64,000 nucleotides of DNA. It comes from Diadema antillarum. Lineage: Eukaryota. Of this stretch, positions 11,801-24,851 are shown piece by piece. The notes beneath the pieces are model-generated. The model was not told the origin of the DNA, searched no databases, and was given only the letters and a program-made list of their open reading frames with translations. The first letter of the stretch is position 1. Every line of letters starts with the position of its first letter. Position numbers and translations under genes: made by a program. The stretch lies in NCBI RefSeq assembly GCF_040938485.1, contig NW_027271439.1:806001-870000 (forward strand), given 5' to 3'.

Positions 11801-14362
11801 TCAGTTGGCTGTGGAGAGGATCTTCTTCGTCTCTTACAAGTTGACACTAACTGATGAGGATTCTGCTCTTTGATGACGTATGACGTTGGTCCTAACAGAC
11901 TCCATCCCAATGTTGTGCACACAGCATATGTCTCCTTAGGATTGCCCCTACATTGGTCTAACACCCAGAAAGCTTCTGGGGTGTCTCCTCCAATCAGAAG
12001 CTGTACATCTTCCTCATGAATGCAGGGTAGTGTGATCCCCTTCAAGTGTGGCTATCCTGCCAAGTCTGCCTGTGTAGGAATGCAAGAGTGTGAGATATTC
12101 ATCTCCTTGACAGTCCAAACCTTCAGAAGATTGATGTTCTCTCTGTCTGTGATGTTGCTCACCATCAGCCCAACTTCCAAGCCCTTCTGGTTTAATAGAC
12201 TGTTACTGACAGTGGTCAACTGGAAGTCTTTTGGAGCTCCTTGTATGCCTACGGTAGCTGCTTCACCTGTCACTTCGTCTGTCACTTCGTCTGTCACTGC
12301 AGAGAGACACGTCACTCCCTTCATCCAGTAATCCCCACGCTAAGATTACTTGGCCATTTGCTGCAACATTTACAGGAACAACATGGAGGCAGACCTTTCT
12401 CCTTGATGAAGATGTGCTGAGACATTGACCTCCTTCTGTCTTGGATGTCGTAGGATCACTGGTTGCAGTCACCCTGCTGGTCCCAGTAGAAGGTGTAGGC
12501 GTGGAGGAATCATTTTGTCTTTCTTCCTTCTTTCCGCTTTGTGGAGGGTGAAGCAGTGTGTGATGTTTCTTGTGGCGACCGGCTTTTTCACACTGCGGTT
12601 TTGTTAAACATCCAACAGCAAAGTGAGAAGGTTGAAGACAGTTATCACACAGATGTAGTTGCCTGGTCAGTTTTATGCGCTCAGAAAAGGGTCTTTCCTT
12701 AAATTTCTGGCATCTCTGGAGTCCATGCTGCTGGTTACAGCAAGGACATTTTACACTCTGTGGGTGTGCATTGGTAGACTCACCCTTCATACTTGCTTGA
12801 GTGGTGAAAGTCATCCGTTGAGGTTCCTTCTTTGGCCCACTTCCGACAGCTGTCTTTAATGACTTCCTTATGGTCTGTCCAAACATGTTGCTCGCAAGCT
12901 TTGCAGACTGCTCATCGAACTCAGTCATGCTCTCGAAGCTTGGGCAGACCCCGTTGCTCATCATCCTGTGTGCCTGCTTGGCCCACTCAGATTGTAGGTG
13001 CATTGGTAGGAGGTCTTGGATCTGGAGAAGATTGTCAGAGCTATTCATATCGGCTGAAAATCCCATTTGGCAGAGGACCATTTGACATCGCCGCATGTCC
13101 CTTGCCAAGACCCACAGTCTCACTCCATCTTTCGGCTTCACCTGTGGTCGATTCAAAACCTGCCGTATATGGGAATGAGAAACAGCATATGGTTGGCCAA
13201 ACTGCTCATCCAAAATCTCTCTGGCCTTACACTAACCTTCCCTTGCACCCAACAAAACACAATTCTCAATGTTTTGTCTTGCCTTACCAGTACAGTATCG
13301 TATCAGGTATGTTAGTCTCATACGATCAGCACATGCCTTGTCTCCTACGAATACATCAAAATTGTTCATAAAACTCCAATACTCCACTGGATTACCACTG
13401 AATGTCACCAGCTCTGGTTTTGGCATATTCATTGCCAAATTGAAGGCCTGAAACATATGAGACATATTATTATCAAGAGTAGCAGCATCATTTTCACATT
13501 TATAATCTCTACTTGAAAAAACGGGGGTATGTGGGTTGAACTCTTTCTTTACTGTTGGGGAGGATTCAAGATTTCTAGTCTCTACTTGAACATCCTGATT
13601 TTGCACATCAAGTTCTTTAAGAGGCTCACCTGAATGAAGTTCTTCATTTACTACCTCTTCTGCCCACAACTTTTCTTCTACACTTCTGTATTTGCGAACT
13701 CATCCTCGATCTCCATCCTAGCCAACTCTTGACCTAACTGAAACTGTTCCAATTTCATCCTTTGTGATCTTTCAAATTGCTCTTTCGTGAGTTTGGCCAG
13801 TTCCTTTTTCACTTTAACCTCCCTCAGCCTTGTAGACAATGAACTCGCACTGCTCCTTCGAGATGACCGGCTGCTAGTCGTGGTCGCAGACCTCACAGAA
13901 GCGTTGTCGTCATGTCGAACCGATTCAGCGCCATGCCTCTCTCCAGCCTCCTTCCAGTCCTTCAGTCTGCCACGAAACTCCTCTAAGTTCTCCTTGCTCT
14001 ATTCAAATTTCTCTAATGCAGCTTCTGCATCAGCACCAACTAGCTTGCTATAATATTCTCTGAATCTGCCTTCATACAGCTGGAATACACTTTCAAGACG
14101 AGTGTACTTCTTCAAAACTGCATCTCTGTTATCAAACGTCGCCATAAGAACCTTGAGTTTCTTGTACATTCTAGTAATGCTACCCAGGTAGCCTTGACAG
14201 GACTGTCACAATGATCTAATCTCATCTTGAGCTGGTTGAGAGATTTCAGATTCATGCTCATTGCTCTCCTTTGTGAAACCATCCATATAGTTTCAAGGGA
14301 GCGACTTGAGTTTGAGTGTGAACTTAAAAATCTAGCCTTGTCCAGAGGACCTTTACTACAAT
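8863..14362 (-). mobile_element. Decayed BEL/Pao LTR retrotransposon 1 (gag, protease, RT, RNase H, integrase; 3'-truncated)
   Basis: Fragmented ORFs: gag from ATG 14286 (FSGNPVEYWSF, LTYLIRYCTGKAR); Cys/His knuckles (CPCCNQQHGLQRC, CDNCLQPSHFAVGC); protease LLDEGSDVSLC; RT ([38 protein letters not shown]); RNase H (LYHFCDASELGYAAV, IPRLQLMAA, FWTDSTVVL); integrase (CFRCER, MAELPLHR, GVDYF, SHMGGVWERMVRS). Many stops and frameshifts. Confidence 0.93.
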
Positions 14363-14620
14363 TGTAGATTTAACGTTGCAAATGCACTGTCCATACACGC
14401 ACAGTCAGAATCTGAATCGTAACACTTGTTATAGACACAGTCCTTTACGTTCCACTGGCTATTAAAGTGACTTTATTCAGTTATCTGGCTCATGCAGCTC
14501 ACAACAGCATAATGTCATCTGTGTGATGTGATGTGTATACAGTAGAGTGATGTGTAACATGAAGTGAAGTGGTTCACAACTGTTATGTATCCTGGTCAAT
14601 AAATATAACTCTCCTCATTA
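14363..14620 (-). repeat. Candidate 5' LTR of BEL/Pao element 1 (boundaries approximate)
   Basis: Lies just upstream of gag; minus-strand AATAAA at ~14472-14477; ACA end at 14363 followed by ATTGTAGTAAAGG. No second LTR is available for confirmation. Confidence 0.35.
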
Positions 14621-14925
14621 CTCTTAGAAGACACTGCTTGTCCTTAAAGCTTCCAAACTCACTCTGCTATATAAACAAAGAGTATGCACTCTCTTGGGGT
14701 GAGGGTGCTCTATGCAAATTAGCTTGGGTGTTCTATGCAAATTAGGGTACTGAACAGAGCATGCATCATTTTGGGGTTTTGGGATTGTTGCAATATTTTG
14801 GGGGTGCCACTGTCTACCTATTGAGGGATAGTGTTGTCAATAGTATACTTCTTATGCCGCTACACACTGTATCAACTATAAAACAGAGCATGTATTCTTA
14901 GACTTTCCCTACTTTTTTGCTAGTT

Positions 14926-16310
14926 GTGCCTGCTTGTACGAGATCAGGTTAATGATAAATCACTCAGACTCGGGTTTCTACGGGAGTGTCATAATTTAAT
15001 CTTGTCTTCTTTTATCGCAACTCACTCCAATCCACTCCACTCCACTCCACTCCACTCCGTGAAAACTGTAACAGAGAATGATATAAACAAAGGCATATAA
15101 TTAATACATGTGTTAACATACTGGCATAAATGAATGACTCATTTCATGTGTATGCATAGAAAGATAAAGAACTGTTTGTACCAATAAATGCATCTTATAA
15201 GTTAACACTCAGTATCTGACTCTTTACTTGTGTGTCTTGTTTGCATTTATCTGACTCGAACCTCAACTCTATCTATATTGCTTTCATAATTTCTTACAAC
15301 ATTTCTATTATAACCGTTCTTTCAGTCTGAGACTTCACATATAATTAAAACACATTCAACTTTAATTTCTGTCCTAAGTTGATACGCAACTCTGTGTTTA
15401 AAGACAACTCTAAAATACTCAGAAAGTCACCATGGCAACGTTCTGATATTGATAAACCTTCAAAAAATTTTCTCAAATTTAGTTAGAATAATTTCAGTGC
15501 TGTTTTACTTGGCAGCCTTAACATGTACATTACAGAAATTTAGGTGTAGTGTAAGAACACGATTATGCAACAAGCACTTGCAGTTTTGGTTGGTAAAATT
15601 TAGATAGTTGAAAAGCCTTTAATTGGAGAACACGTTTGTGCACGTATGAAAGTTAAATGTCAAATGAATCAGGCTCAAGGTCAAGCCAAAGTCACACACA
15701 GCTGTTTGTTCAGATTGTACATGTTAAGGCTGCCAAGTAAAACAGCACTGAAATTATTCTAACAAAATTTGAGAAGAATTTATGAAGGTTTATCAATATC
15801 AGAACGTTGCCATGGTGACTTTCTGAGTATTTTAGAGTTGTCTTTAAACACAGAGTTGCGTATCAACTTAGGACAGAAATTAAAGTTGAATGTGTTTTAA
15901 TTATATGCGAAGTCTCAGATTGAAAGAACTGTTATAATAGAAATGTTATAAGAAATTATGAAAACAATATAGATAGAGTTGAGGTTTGAGTTAGATAAAT
16001 GCAAACAAGACACACAAGTAAAGAGTCAGATACTGAGTGTTAACTTATAAGATGCATTTATTGGTACCGGTACAAACAGTTCTTTATCTTTCTATGCATA
16101 CACATGAAATGAGTCATTCATTTATGCCAGTATGTTAACACATGTATTAATTATATGCCTTTGTTTATATCATTCTCTGTTACAGTTTTCACGGAGTGGA
16201 GTGGATAGGAGTGAGTTGCGATAAAAGAAGACAAGATTAAATTATGACACTCCTGTAGAAACCTGAGTCTGAGTGATTTATCATTAAGCTGATCTCGTAC
16301 AAGCAGGCAC
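14926..16310. mobile_element. Foldback element: ~605-bp inverted arms around a 185-bp spacer
   Basis: The left arm 14926-15530 is the reverse complement of the right arm 15716-16310, with a few substitutions, a 6-bp GGTACC indel and different (CCACT)n lengths. Termini GTGCC...GGCAC; AGTT on both flanks (14922-14925, 16311-16314). Confidence 0.9.
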
Positions 16311-16314
16311 AGTT

Positions 16315-16733
16315 GGCGACCCTGTCAAACGATGGGCTCAGACGAACCACGAGAAGGTGAAGGACTTTCTGATGAGAGAGGGATGTGACTTTATCAACTT
16401 CAACGTGCCTTCCGCCAGTCATATGGGAAGCAGTTGGGAGCGGCAGATCCGCTCAATACGACAAGCTCTTGATGGGTTGATGCATCAGGCTGCCATCAGC
16501 TTGATGATGAGAGTCTACGGACGTTTATGTGTGAAGCTGCCGCTATAGTAAATGGGAGACCATCGACAGTCGATAACCTGTATGATCCTGGGTATCCTGA
16601 ACCGATTACGCCAAATCATCTGTTGACAATGAAAACAAGGGTTCTTCTACCCCCGCCTGGACATTTCGTTCGAGAGGACTTGTATTCCAGAAAGCGCTGG
16701 AGAAGGGTTCAGCACCTGTTAAATGAGTTCTGT
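16315..16733 (+). mobile_element. BEL/Pao element 2, integrase C-terminal/DUF5641-like fragment
   Basis: FNVPSASHMGSSWERQIRSIR, CEAAAIVNGRP, PITPNHLLTMK, KRWRRVQHLLNEF. Confidence 0.88.
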
Positions 16734-18050
16734 GGTGCTTGTTGAGAGACTCATCCTTATACTGGGCACTGCAGTCAAATACTACCCTCAGTTTATTCGG
16801 TTGTTGTACACCATGGTGGGGGATGTACCATCTAGACTTCTCATAGAGTGTAGGATTTGGAATGAACTCAGCATAGTCATTGGCAATAAGAGAATCAATG
16901 ACCTTCGTATACTCAGCATGGTATACGACATCTCTGGAAAACTTCCTTCTCAGACTCTCTAGTCTCTTTTCAGCCTGGAGCTGATTGTTGGGCAATTCCA
17001 GATCATCCATCTTGGATAGTAATGGCATTTCATATTGACCTGTCTCTGTGACGTGAATGCCTTCTCCCATAACCTTCAAGAACTTCTTGTCATTTTGTGA
17101 GTATGGCTTTTCATGACTGTCTGGGAGAAAGTCTGCTTCCATGACCTTAATTACCCTTGAGGGGATAATTTCTTCCTTCACAGTCACTCTCTCAGAGAAA
17201 AGGACTCCTTTCCTTTCCGTTCTTAGGTTGACAGGAACTTCGCTGACCATCAAACGGTGACTGATGCCAAAACGGTCTTCACTTCTCCTTTCATAGTCAC
17301 GTTGCACAGTACCTACTATGCTCCATCCAAGGTCTGTCTTGATGCCATATGGACCATCATCATGTGGGCTTGGAATGACATCATGAGGCATCAAAGCTGT
17401 AGCACAATCGTACCCAATCAAGAGTCCAATTTTGCAATCTTGCATCGGAAGAAGATACTGACTAAGCTTATGAAGATGGGGTATGGATTCAGCCATTTCA
17501 CAAGTAGGTATGTGTCCTCTGTTCGCAGGCATGATGTCTCTTGTATAAGTGGGTGGTAGACTTATCCTCTTCTCACCATCATGTGCTCTTACAAAGAGAC
17601 CATCTATACGCTCACTTGGGATCCGTTCATCTCTGCTCGACATTGTAGAAAAACGAAGATTCACATCTACTCCTCGCAATCCCAAGTCATTCTTTGTAGA
17701 CTCCAGTATGAATGTGGTGTCGGATTGGGTATCTAAGAGAGCATAGATCAACCTTTCCTCTGTCGAACTTCTCCTTCGTAAGTCTCAGTTTGTCATCTCT
17801 AAGACTGCTAAGCGAGACAGCAGGATCACAAGCAATGGTCGATTCTTCGTCTATGAACTTGGAAAAGACGTGAAAGGGCGGGAATCTACCTTGATCCTTC
17901 CTCCAGCTCACGACACATCTTGCCCATCTGTTGATCAACCATTCAGGCAACTTGGTTGCATATCAATTACAACAAATCTCTCTCTGCGTTTTCTCAAAGT
18001 AACTTGCCAGTATGCCTGTGCTTCGTGCAACTGGCTCCTTTGACCAGATT
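16734..18050 (-). mobile_element. BEL/Pao element 2, gag-protease-RT N-terminal fragment
   Basis: KLPEWLINRW (gag), YALLDTQSDTTFI (protease), IGLLIGYDC..AL.P, GPYGIKTDLGWSIVG, WYIPHHGV..PNKLRVVFDCSA (RT N-terminus). Confidence 0.9.
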
Positions 18051-18149
18051 CCTTAAACTATTTTCTCTTCACTGTCTTTGATTTGAAAAAGTAAGTACAT
18101 TGTACTAGATACCCCTAAAAATTACCACAGAAAAGTACTGATCTGAATA

Positions 18150-18336
18150 CAGTGCACTCCCATTATGACGAACATGGTTATAACGAAATTCCGGTTACAA
18201 CAAAGTAAAGATTCAGGCCGCAACATTATCCACTCTATATATTTTTATTATTTATTTGTTCAGTTATAACGAAATTTCGATATAACGGAAAAAAAACTGC
18301 CGGTCCCGAGAACTTCATTATAATGGGAGTCCACTG
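18150..18336. mobile_element. Tc1/mariner (pogo/Tigger-like) MITE
   Basis: TA-CAGTGCACTCCCATTAT...ATAATGGGAGTCCACTG-TA; same family as 25812-26003. Confidence 0.8.
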
Positions 18337-20464
18337 TACTAAGGAAATTGGTGTGAGAAATTGTCAAGTGTAAACGTGGGAATATGTTGTTAGCACTGTA
18401 GTAACTGAATTCCCAGTCATTGCGAACTTGAGCACATGCCTAAATGTAAAAAAAGGAAATGGAATATTTACTTTTGAATAGCAATAGAATTTGCATGTAA
18501 TGTTTATGAAACGTGGAATAGTCGTCCATTGTATCAATGCATTGTATCAATGCTAACACCTGTAGGAGAAAGTTCACTCTCTACAACTTGTCCGTCTTTC
18601 TGTATGAGCCAGGGTAGGATAATATTGTTTTGATGTGCATGTTTGCTGTAGGTGAATGTGATTGAATGAGGGCAGTATTTTCCTTCAGATCAATGATAAG
18701 AGTTTAACCTTGTGTAATGTTCACGAGTCTATCTGGCCCAGTTCTATTTCAAATTAATGCAAATCTATAGTAAAGAGCTTCTGCATGTGCTTGTAGTCAT
18801 CGTCTTTGGTTACAGTTACAGTTTACTGGTTCATTTGTGTTATAGCTGATTGCAAATGGGGAAAAAGAAATGGCGAGAATGATGAAAGCATGTCTTGCTG
18901 CAATTATTTTCCAGCAGCAGTGTACTTTTTATATCATGGGATGCAAGATTCACCATTTTGCAGCCACAATCTTGCTACACCATTTTCTTTGATTGGGTGA
19001 ATACAAGTCTGTAAAAGAACTTTGAGAATTGCAAGAGACGCTTTTTACAGCATATCAGCTTGTACACTATACTCATGATGGCCGATCTGGCTACACCAAG
19101 ATTCATTATGTCATCATTGATCATAAGTTTTCCCAATTTTTTTTTTCTCCTTTTTGTTTCCTGTGCTATGGTTGAAGGAAAACTCAAAATACAATGTGTT
19201 TGTGATGTTTCTCATCACTGGGAAGATCAGGTGTGACTGTAAATCCTGTGTGTGTATATTGAAGTCCGTGCAGTATGTGGATTTATTTATACGGTGTGCA
19301 TGTATGTGTATTCTGCAATCATTGGGGCAACACTGATTTGGGCATTGGAGATTGAAGATGGCTTCATTGAATTGCTGTAATATGAAATACGAATTCAGTA
19401 CCAGGTACTAAGTAATAATTATCTCTTGCCATAAGTTGGCAGAGGCAATAACAAATCAAAGCACACAAAATGAAATGATTAAATCAAGGCCCTCTTGCAT
19501 AAGGAATTACAATTGACTGCAACTCTCGAAATCAAAAGTCTTCTGAATCTCACAAAACGTCATGTGTAGTTAAAATTTGTTGCATGAATTACTTACATTA
19601 CTTGCCATCGATGGCAAGTTACCACTGATAATTAGGTACAATATGTGTTGGAATCAATAGCAACTTACAACAGGGCCCTGATGTGATTGGACAAAGAAGC
19701 AGGACAAGGAAATATTGACCGTTTTACACACGTAATGTTCACTTCATTGCACGTGCACATGAAAACTTTATTCAAAGAGTGGTACATATTTCATGTTGTT
19801 CAATAATCAATCACAGTTCGAATTCATCAGAAATACAGTACAACATATAGGGGTTTTGAATTAAATATAGCATCATGCATGTAAGGATGCAAAATTCCAT
19901 AGATTAGGTTTTATGTGACACATAGTATTGAACACAGAAGAAGTGTAGGAGACAGACTGTCATTCATTATGAAGTACAGTTGTACAACAATCCAATATAG
20001 AATTGATATAACTTTGCTTCTAATTTACTGTTTAACAAGCAACCTTCCTTGATGGTAGCTACTTTGTCCAGAGCAAATGGGTGTAAGCACATTTCATGCT
20101 GGAGAATACTGTCAAAAGAGGAATATTTGCATGTATTTTAATTTCACAAATTTTGTGAGAGCCAAGATTTGCAAAATTAAAATGCACATGAAAGTTTTCC
20201 TCTACACTACATGCGTTGAATGCCAATGACAATCGCAAAAATTTCATGCCATGAAAAAGGCCCTTGGCTCCAATTCATGAAAATTTCCCGCCTTGAAAAT
20301 ACAACTGTATCTTGCTCGACTGTATGGGTTTAAGGAACTTTTTGGCACAACCACTAACAGAGATGTAATAAGTTAGCTGTGACACACTAATACAGGGGAA
20401 CGTATCCAATGTCCACATATTTCATGGCACACACAATCTGGGCTCCATGTCACACTAGACTTAA

Positions 20465-20698
20465 GGGCCCGGTCCCACTGGCATTTAGGAAGATTTGTGT
20501 ATGAATTGCGCACAAAATTGATTTATATTCGCAAAAAATCTGCAATATTTGTGATATATGCTTGTATGAGTTGGCTGTTTTTTCGTTGCCAGGATTTTTG
20601 AGCTGCACAAATTTTTGGTTGCGGATGTTTAGCGAACACAAACCAATTTTGTGCACAATTCATATGCAAATCTTCCTTAACGCCAGTGGGACTGGCCC
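20465..20698. mobile_element. MITE with GGGCC..GTCCCACTGG termini (PIF/Harbinger-like)
   Basis: GGGCCCGGTCCCACTGG...CCAGTGGGACTGGCCC; an inverted partial relative lies at ~27935-28125. Confidence 0.6.
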
Positions 20699-21000
20699 AT
20701 AAGGAGTGAACATCAAAATATGCTGCAACAGAAACAAGTAGAATGCGAATGACTATAGGGTTGTCCTGATCTTTACACATTAATCTCCATTTCTCTCTCC
20801 CTAGCCATATTGCATTTGAGGTAAGACACGATTTGAAGCACCATCCTCTCGTATTTGCATTGATTTTATGTGGCCACTCAGAAGGCTTTAAACACTTACA
20901 ACCAAGCTACACGTACCACAGGACCAATGGCTTTAAAGTCCAATCCTCAGAATTATAGAATGAGGATGACAAATTAAGGGGCACATCAGATGCTACCAGT

Positions 21001-21065
21001 GGACATGAACCAGCGACCTCACAATTCAGTGTTCACGGTTCTATCCACTGAGCCACCAATGCCTC
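21001..21065 (-). mobile_element. tRNA-related SINE remnant
   Basis: The minus strand reads TGGTGGCTCAGTGG (A-box-like) ... GGTTCATGTCC (B-box-like); degenerate, and I could not fold a complete cloverleaf. Confidence 0.45.
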
Positions 21066-22733
21066 CTCTCTAGAGCACAAAATGCACAATAAAAATCAGC
21101 ATAGGGCATTTCACTTGAATCACAAATTGCCATGGGACCACAGTGTTTACCTCCTATCCCACCTAGTCTGTCGTCTTTATCTTTTGACTCCTGTTTTCCA
21201 GTACTGTGTGCAATGTGGCAGTCTGCCAAAACAACACTACAGAGTATACATCATGCATCTTGTGTCCACAAACAACCACTGCATTGGCAGCTACACTACA
21301 TACCATTTGGTATAACAATAAATTATAAATTTTCATTTGGTACACTGTATTTTGTTAACAAGTTCTCCCAATATCCATACTAATTCTGGGTTTGAGTATC
21401 ACTAATATAAGAAAATTTGCATACTAATAGATCTTCATGTGATGCATGTAATACATTGTATTTGATATATTTCCATAATTTCAACCTTTAAACAAGTATT
21501 AAAACACATGGAAAATGTATCACAATGAATGTTTCCCAAATCAGAAATCAATCAAAAAAACAATTATGTGAATCATTTCTGTATATAAAAATGCATTTTT
21601 TCCCACTAGCAACAAAAACTTTGTTGTTTTCATGTTTTGTACTGTTTATATTTCTTATGTTTTACTGTTTTCTACTTAATCATGAAATTTACAGTTTTCA
21701 AACTTTATTCAGTTTCTATCTGAAACAAAATGAAGCACAAAGCAAGCGCAACATCATTTCTTTTCTTTTTTTGTGTGTGTGCAAGATTCATACAGATATG
21801 CAAGCCACTGTGGACTGGCAGTGTGTAATTGTACACGATACGTGTATATGTAGTAATGAGCAATAGACCAGTTCGTAATTCCACTTTGCACATGAGCAGA
21901 AAAAGGTCATTTGTACCAACAGGCATTTTGGTTTGTAAATTCCCCAAGATAAGCATCTGTGATGCGATGATTATTCATGTGATCCTTATCTAAATGGTGC
22001 TTCAATGACAGTACATTCACCTGACAGCAAGAATGGTATTTCACAGTATAAAAGGAAATAGGCTGTTATTGCATTCAATACAAAACAATAAAATGGATGC
22101 CTGCTAAATTGTCAACTGATGGAGTATTCTGACCACCTGCTCTCAACGCAAGCTCATTCTTTGTTTGAACATGAATTCCATAAATTGCTATGTCGGGCAA
22201 GCTTATGCATTATGCCGCTTTGAAAATGAGTGAAGTGTCTAACCAACTGAGAAAAAAAGGAAGGTCATTTGTACCAATGTGTACATGAGCTAATTACAAA
22301 CTGGCTTATTCTAATGACATGCTCATACTAATTGACATGTAACACCCCACAGATATATCTGATATGGGCAAATATGGCATCAACATTTGCGCAAGTCTTC
22401 AGGGGGAAAAAGTCATAATATAAAGACACAAAGCAAGAATCCCAAATTCTCAGCGGTTGCAATGCGGTCACAGAAAATATGGAGGGGGCCTCCCAGGCAT
22501 GATGAGCAATCGACCAGTCGGATAGCTACATTCTTTTTAGGTGATGTATAAAAGCAGATATCAGCACAAGAACAGGTTTGGTTTACACCATGTATAAATG
22601 TGTAAAACCAGTGTTAAAAAATTCTAATTTACACTAGTCCCCCACACCTACATTTCTATAAGCGTCCTTTGTGCAACAAGTTTTTGTGATTTTCTGTTCA
22701 GTTGGTAACTAAAATCAATCACAAAATCAAATA

Positions 22734-22941
22734 CAGTCAACCTTGCTTAAGTCAACCTTGCTTAAGTCAACCTTGCTTAAGTCAACCTTGCATAAGTTGA
22801 ATAATCACCTAAAAGTTGAACATCTCTTTATGTCCTCTTCTCTTTATATTCTATTGATTTTTATCCCTCATAGGTAAAATTTTCTCTCAGTCGAAGCTAT
22901 TTCTTCAGTCCAAATAGATTAGACTTGGGAAAGGTTGACTG
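22734..22941. mobile_element. pogo/Tigger-like MITE with a 15-bp tandem repeat at its left end
   Basis: TA-CAGTCAACCTT...AAGGTTGACTG-TA; (GTCAACCTTGCTTAA) about 4 times at 22736-22795. Confidence 0.75.
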
Positions 22942-22999
22942 TACGTAGGAATTTGTTTGATGAACCACCCAGATCATTGTCTAATTAAATATAATATAA

Positions 23000-23382
23000 A
23001 GTTTTGGTACCTCAAAAGTTTCCCCGAGTTTCCTTGTCTTAGTTTGTGTTTCAGGTTAAAATACCTTTCATATAACTAACACTGTGAGACTTACTCGCCC
23101 CAAAGTGCTCTCGTGTCTTAGTAATCATGCAATAATGGTTTCGTACCAGAGCAGAGCGGGCTCTAAGAAATTCGAACGAGCTGTTAGTTTGACTCGACGC
23201 GGTACCGCGACAATCAATATACACGTATTGTACGAAATCATTATTGCATGATTACTAAGACATGAGAGCACTTTGGGGGGAGTAAGTCTCACAGTGTTAG
23301 TTATATGAAAGGTCCTTTAAACTGAAATGAAACACAAACTAAGACAAGGAAACTCAGGGAAACTTTTGAGGTACCAAAACTT
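23000..23382. mobile_element. MITE with ~145-bp terminal inverted repeats
   Basis: AGTTTTGGTACCTCAAAAGTTTCC...TTTCGTAC mirrored by GTACGAAA...GGAAACTTTTGAGGTACCAAAACT; flanks TAAA/TTAA. Confidence 0.8.
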
Positions 23383-23762
23383 AAATTATCTTTAATCTAC
23401 AGTTTGTAACTCTCCAGCATGCAGTGACACAGCAATTTCTGAAATTAGATAAATCCATAATGCATACATAATTGTCAATTGAAAGAAAATGGTTGTAACA
23501 TTCTACATCACTATTAGTGAGGTTAGAGGTCAGATGAGATAACACACCTTGGGGAGAGTTGTGATTAAAAGGTTTGGACATACACAAACATACAAGAAGA
23601 CTGGCTGCACCCTTGTTTTCTATTGTCAGATACCGAGAACATACTAGTACCACACCAGCATAGCAAGCATATGCCAATTATTCATAGCCCCCCACGAAAA
23701 CTGTCCCCATTTGTGTCTGTTCCTATAATCTAACTTTTTTGGAGAGTGTCATCCTCCTTTAA

Positions 23763-24138
23763 AGGGATGGCACAGTTCCACTTGAGATGGAGATTGAGGT
23801 TTCCAGCTTTTTTTAATGATATTTTTTGAGATAATGAGAAACCTCTTACAAAATATGAAAGAGCATATAAGAGGAATTTAAAGTTTATTTGTTTTGAAAT
23901 GGCTGAGTTATCCAAAACAAAGCTATCCTAATAAAAAGTGGGGCCCACCTTTTATTGGGATAGCTTTGTTTTACTTTGTTTTTGCATATCTCAGCCATTT
24001 CAAAACCAATTTTCATGAAATAAACTTTGAAATCCTCTTAGAATTGTATGCTTCTTAACATTTCATAAGGTGGTTTCTAACTACCTTGCAAAAAGTTTAA
24101 AGCTGAATTCTCGCCTCAACCAACACTATATCATTCCT
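23763..24138. mobile_element. Kolobok-like MITE (TTAA-AGG...CCT-TTAA)
   Basis: TTAA at 23759-23762 and 24139-24142; internal inverted repeats; a related copy lies at ~33900-34330. Confidence 0.7.
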
Positions 24139-24231
24139 TTAACCCGTTAAGGATAGACTGATTTTGCTATGACACGCATTTCCCATAGACACCTGCCCGA
24201 GTATTCTTGGGACTCGTCTTCGACAGGTTAA
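24139..24231. mobile_element. ~90-bp piggyBac-like MITE, copy 3, sharing its left TTAA with the preceding MITE
   Basis: TTAA-CCC...AGG-TTAA. Confidence 0.7.
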
Positions 24232-24851
24232 ACTAAGGTATAAATCAAGAGTGGTAGAGGAACTTCTGTATACAAAACTTCTCACTCTCCAGAGTCCTTG
24301 TTCTAAGGACTAGACCACATCAACTGACCATACTAATGCCCATTGTGTATGAGGTCAGTTTCTACTAATTAATATCACCACAGCTGTCATTCTTCTTGGA
24401 TTTAAGAAATCATGTATTTCCACACATTACGTTGGACAGTTGATTTTCTCATTTCACCTTTAACAAATGTGCAGAAATTTACATTAACAGCACATCATCC
24501 ATGGTGAACTAAAATTCATATATGTTGGCATGACATTAGATGTCATCAATGAAACTTAACTCTGGTTCACAGAAACCAGTCTTATAGTCACTGTATTCTA
24601 TGTCTGCTAATAGACCTACCATCCTCATCTGCTACAAGATTGTTTTTTCCACAGAAGAGTTGGTAATGTGAGTAAAATCTCATTTGAAATTCCACTTGTG
24701 GCACACCCTGCTTTCCATAGAATCACTATCTCCGACTGTTCTCCATTCAATGCTGAAAGGTATTTCAGGCATCATCTCCTGCAGAGTACTCCACCAAAAG
24801 AGGGAAACCTAACATCACACTGAGGATGGAAGTAAGGCCAGTCAGTTCACA

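Noticed and set aside
14710-14742. Two ATGCAAAT octamer motifs about 23 bp apart near the BEL LTR
   Set aside because: Part of a short local duplication in repeat-rich sequence; no snRNA or other target gene is visible nearby.
18540-19190. Minus-strand peptide scraps (DDDYKHMQKL, WLIQKDGQVV) suggestive of a decayed transposase or exons
   Set aside because: Interrupted by stops, with no recognisable catalytic motif or consistent splice structure.
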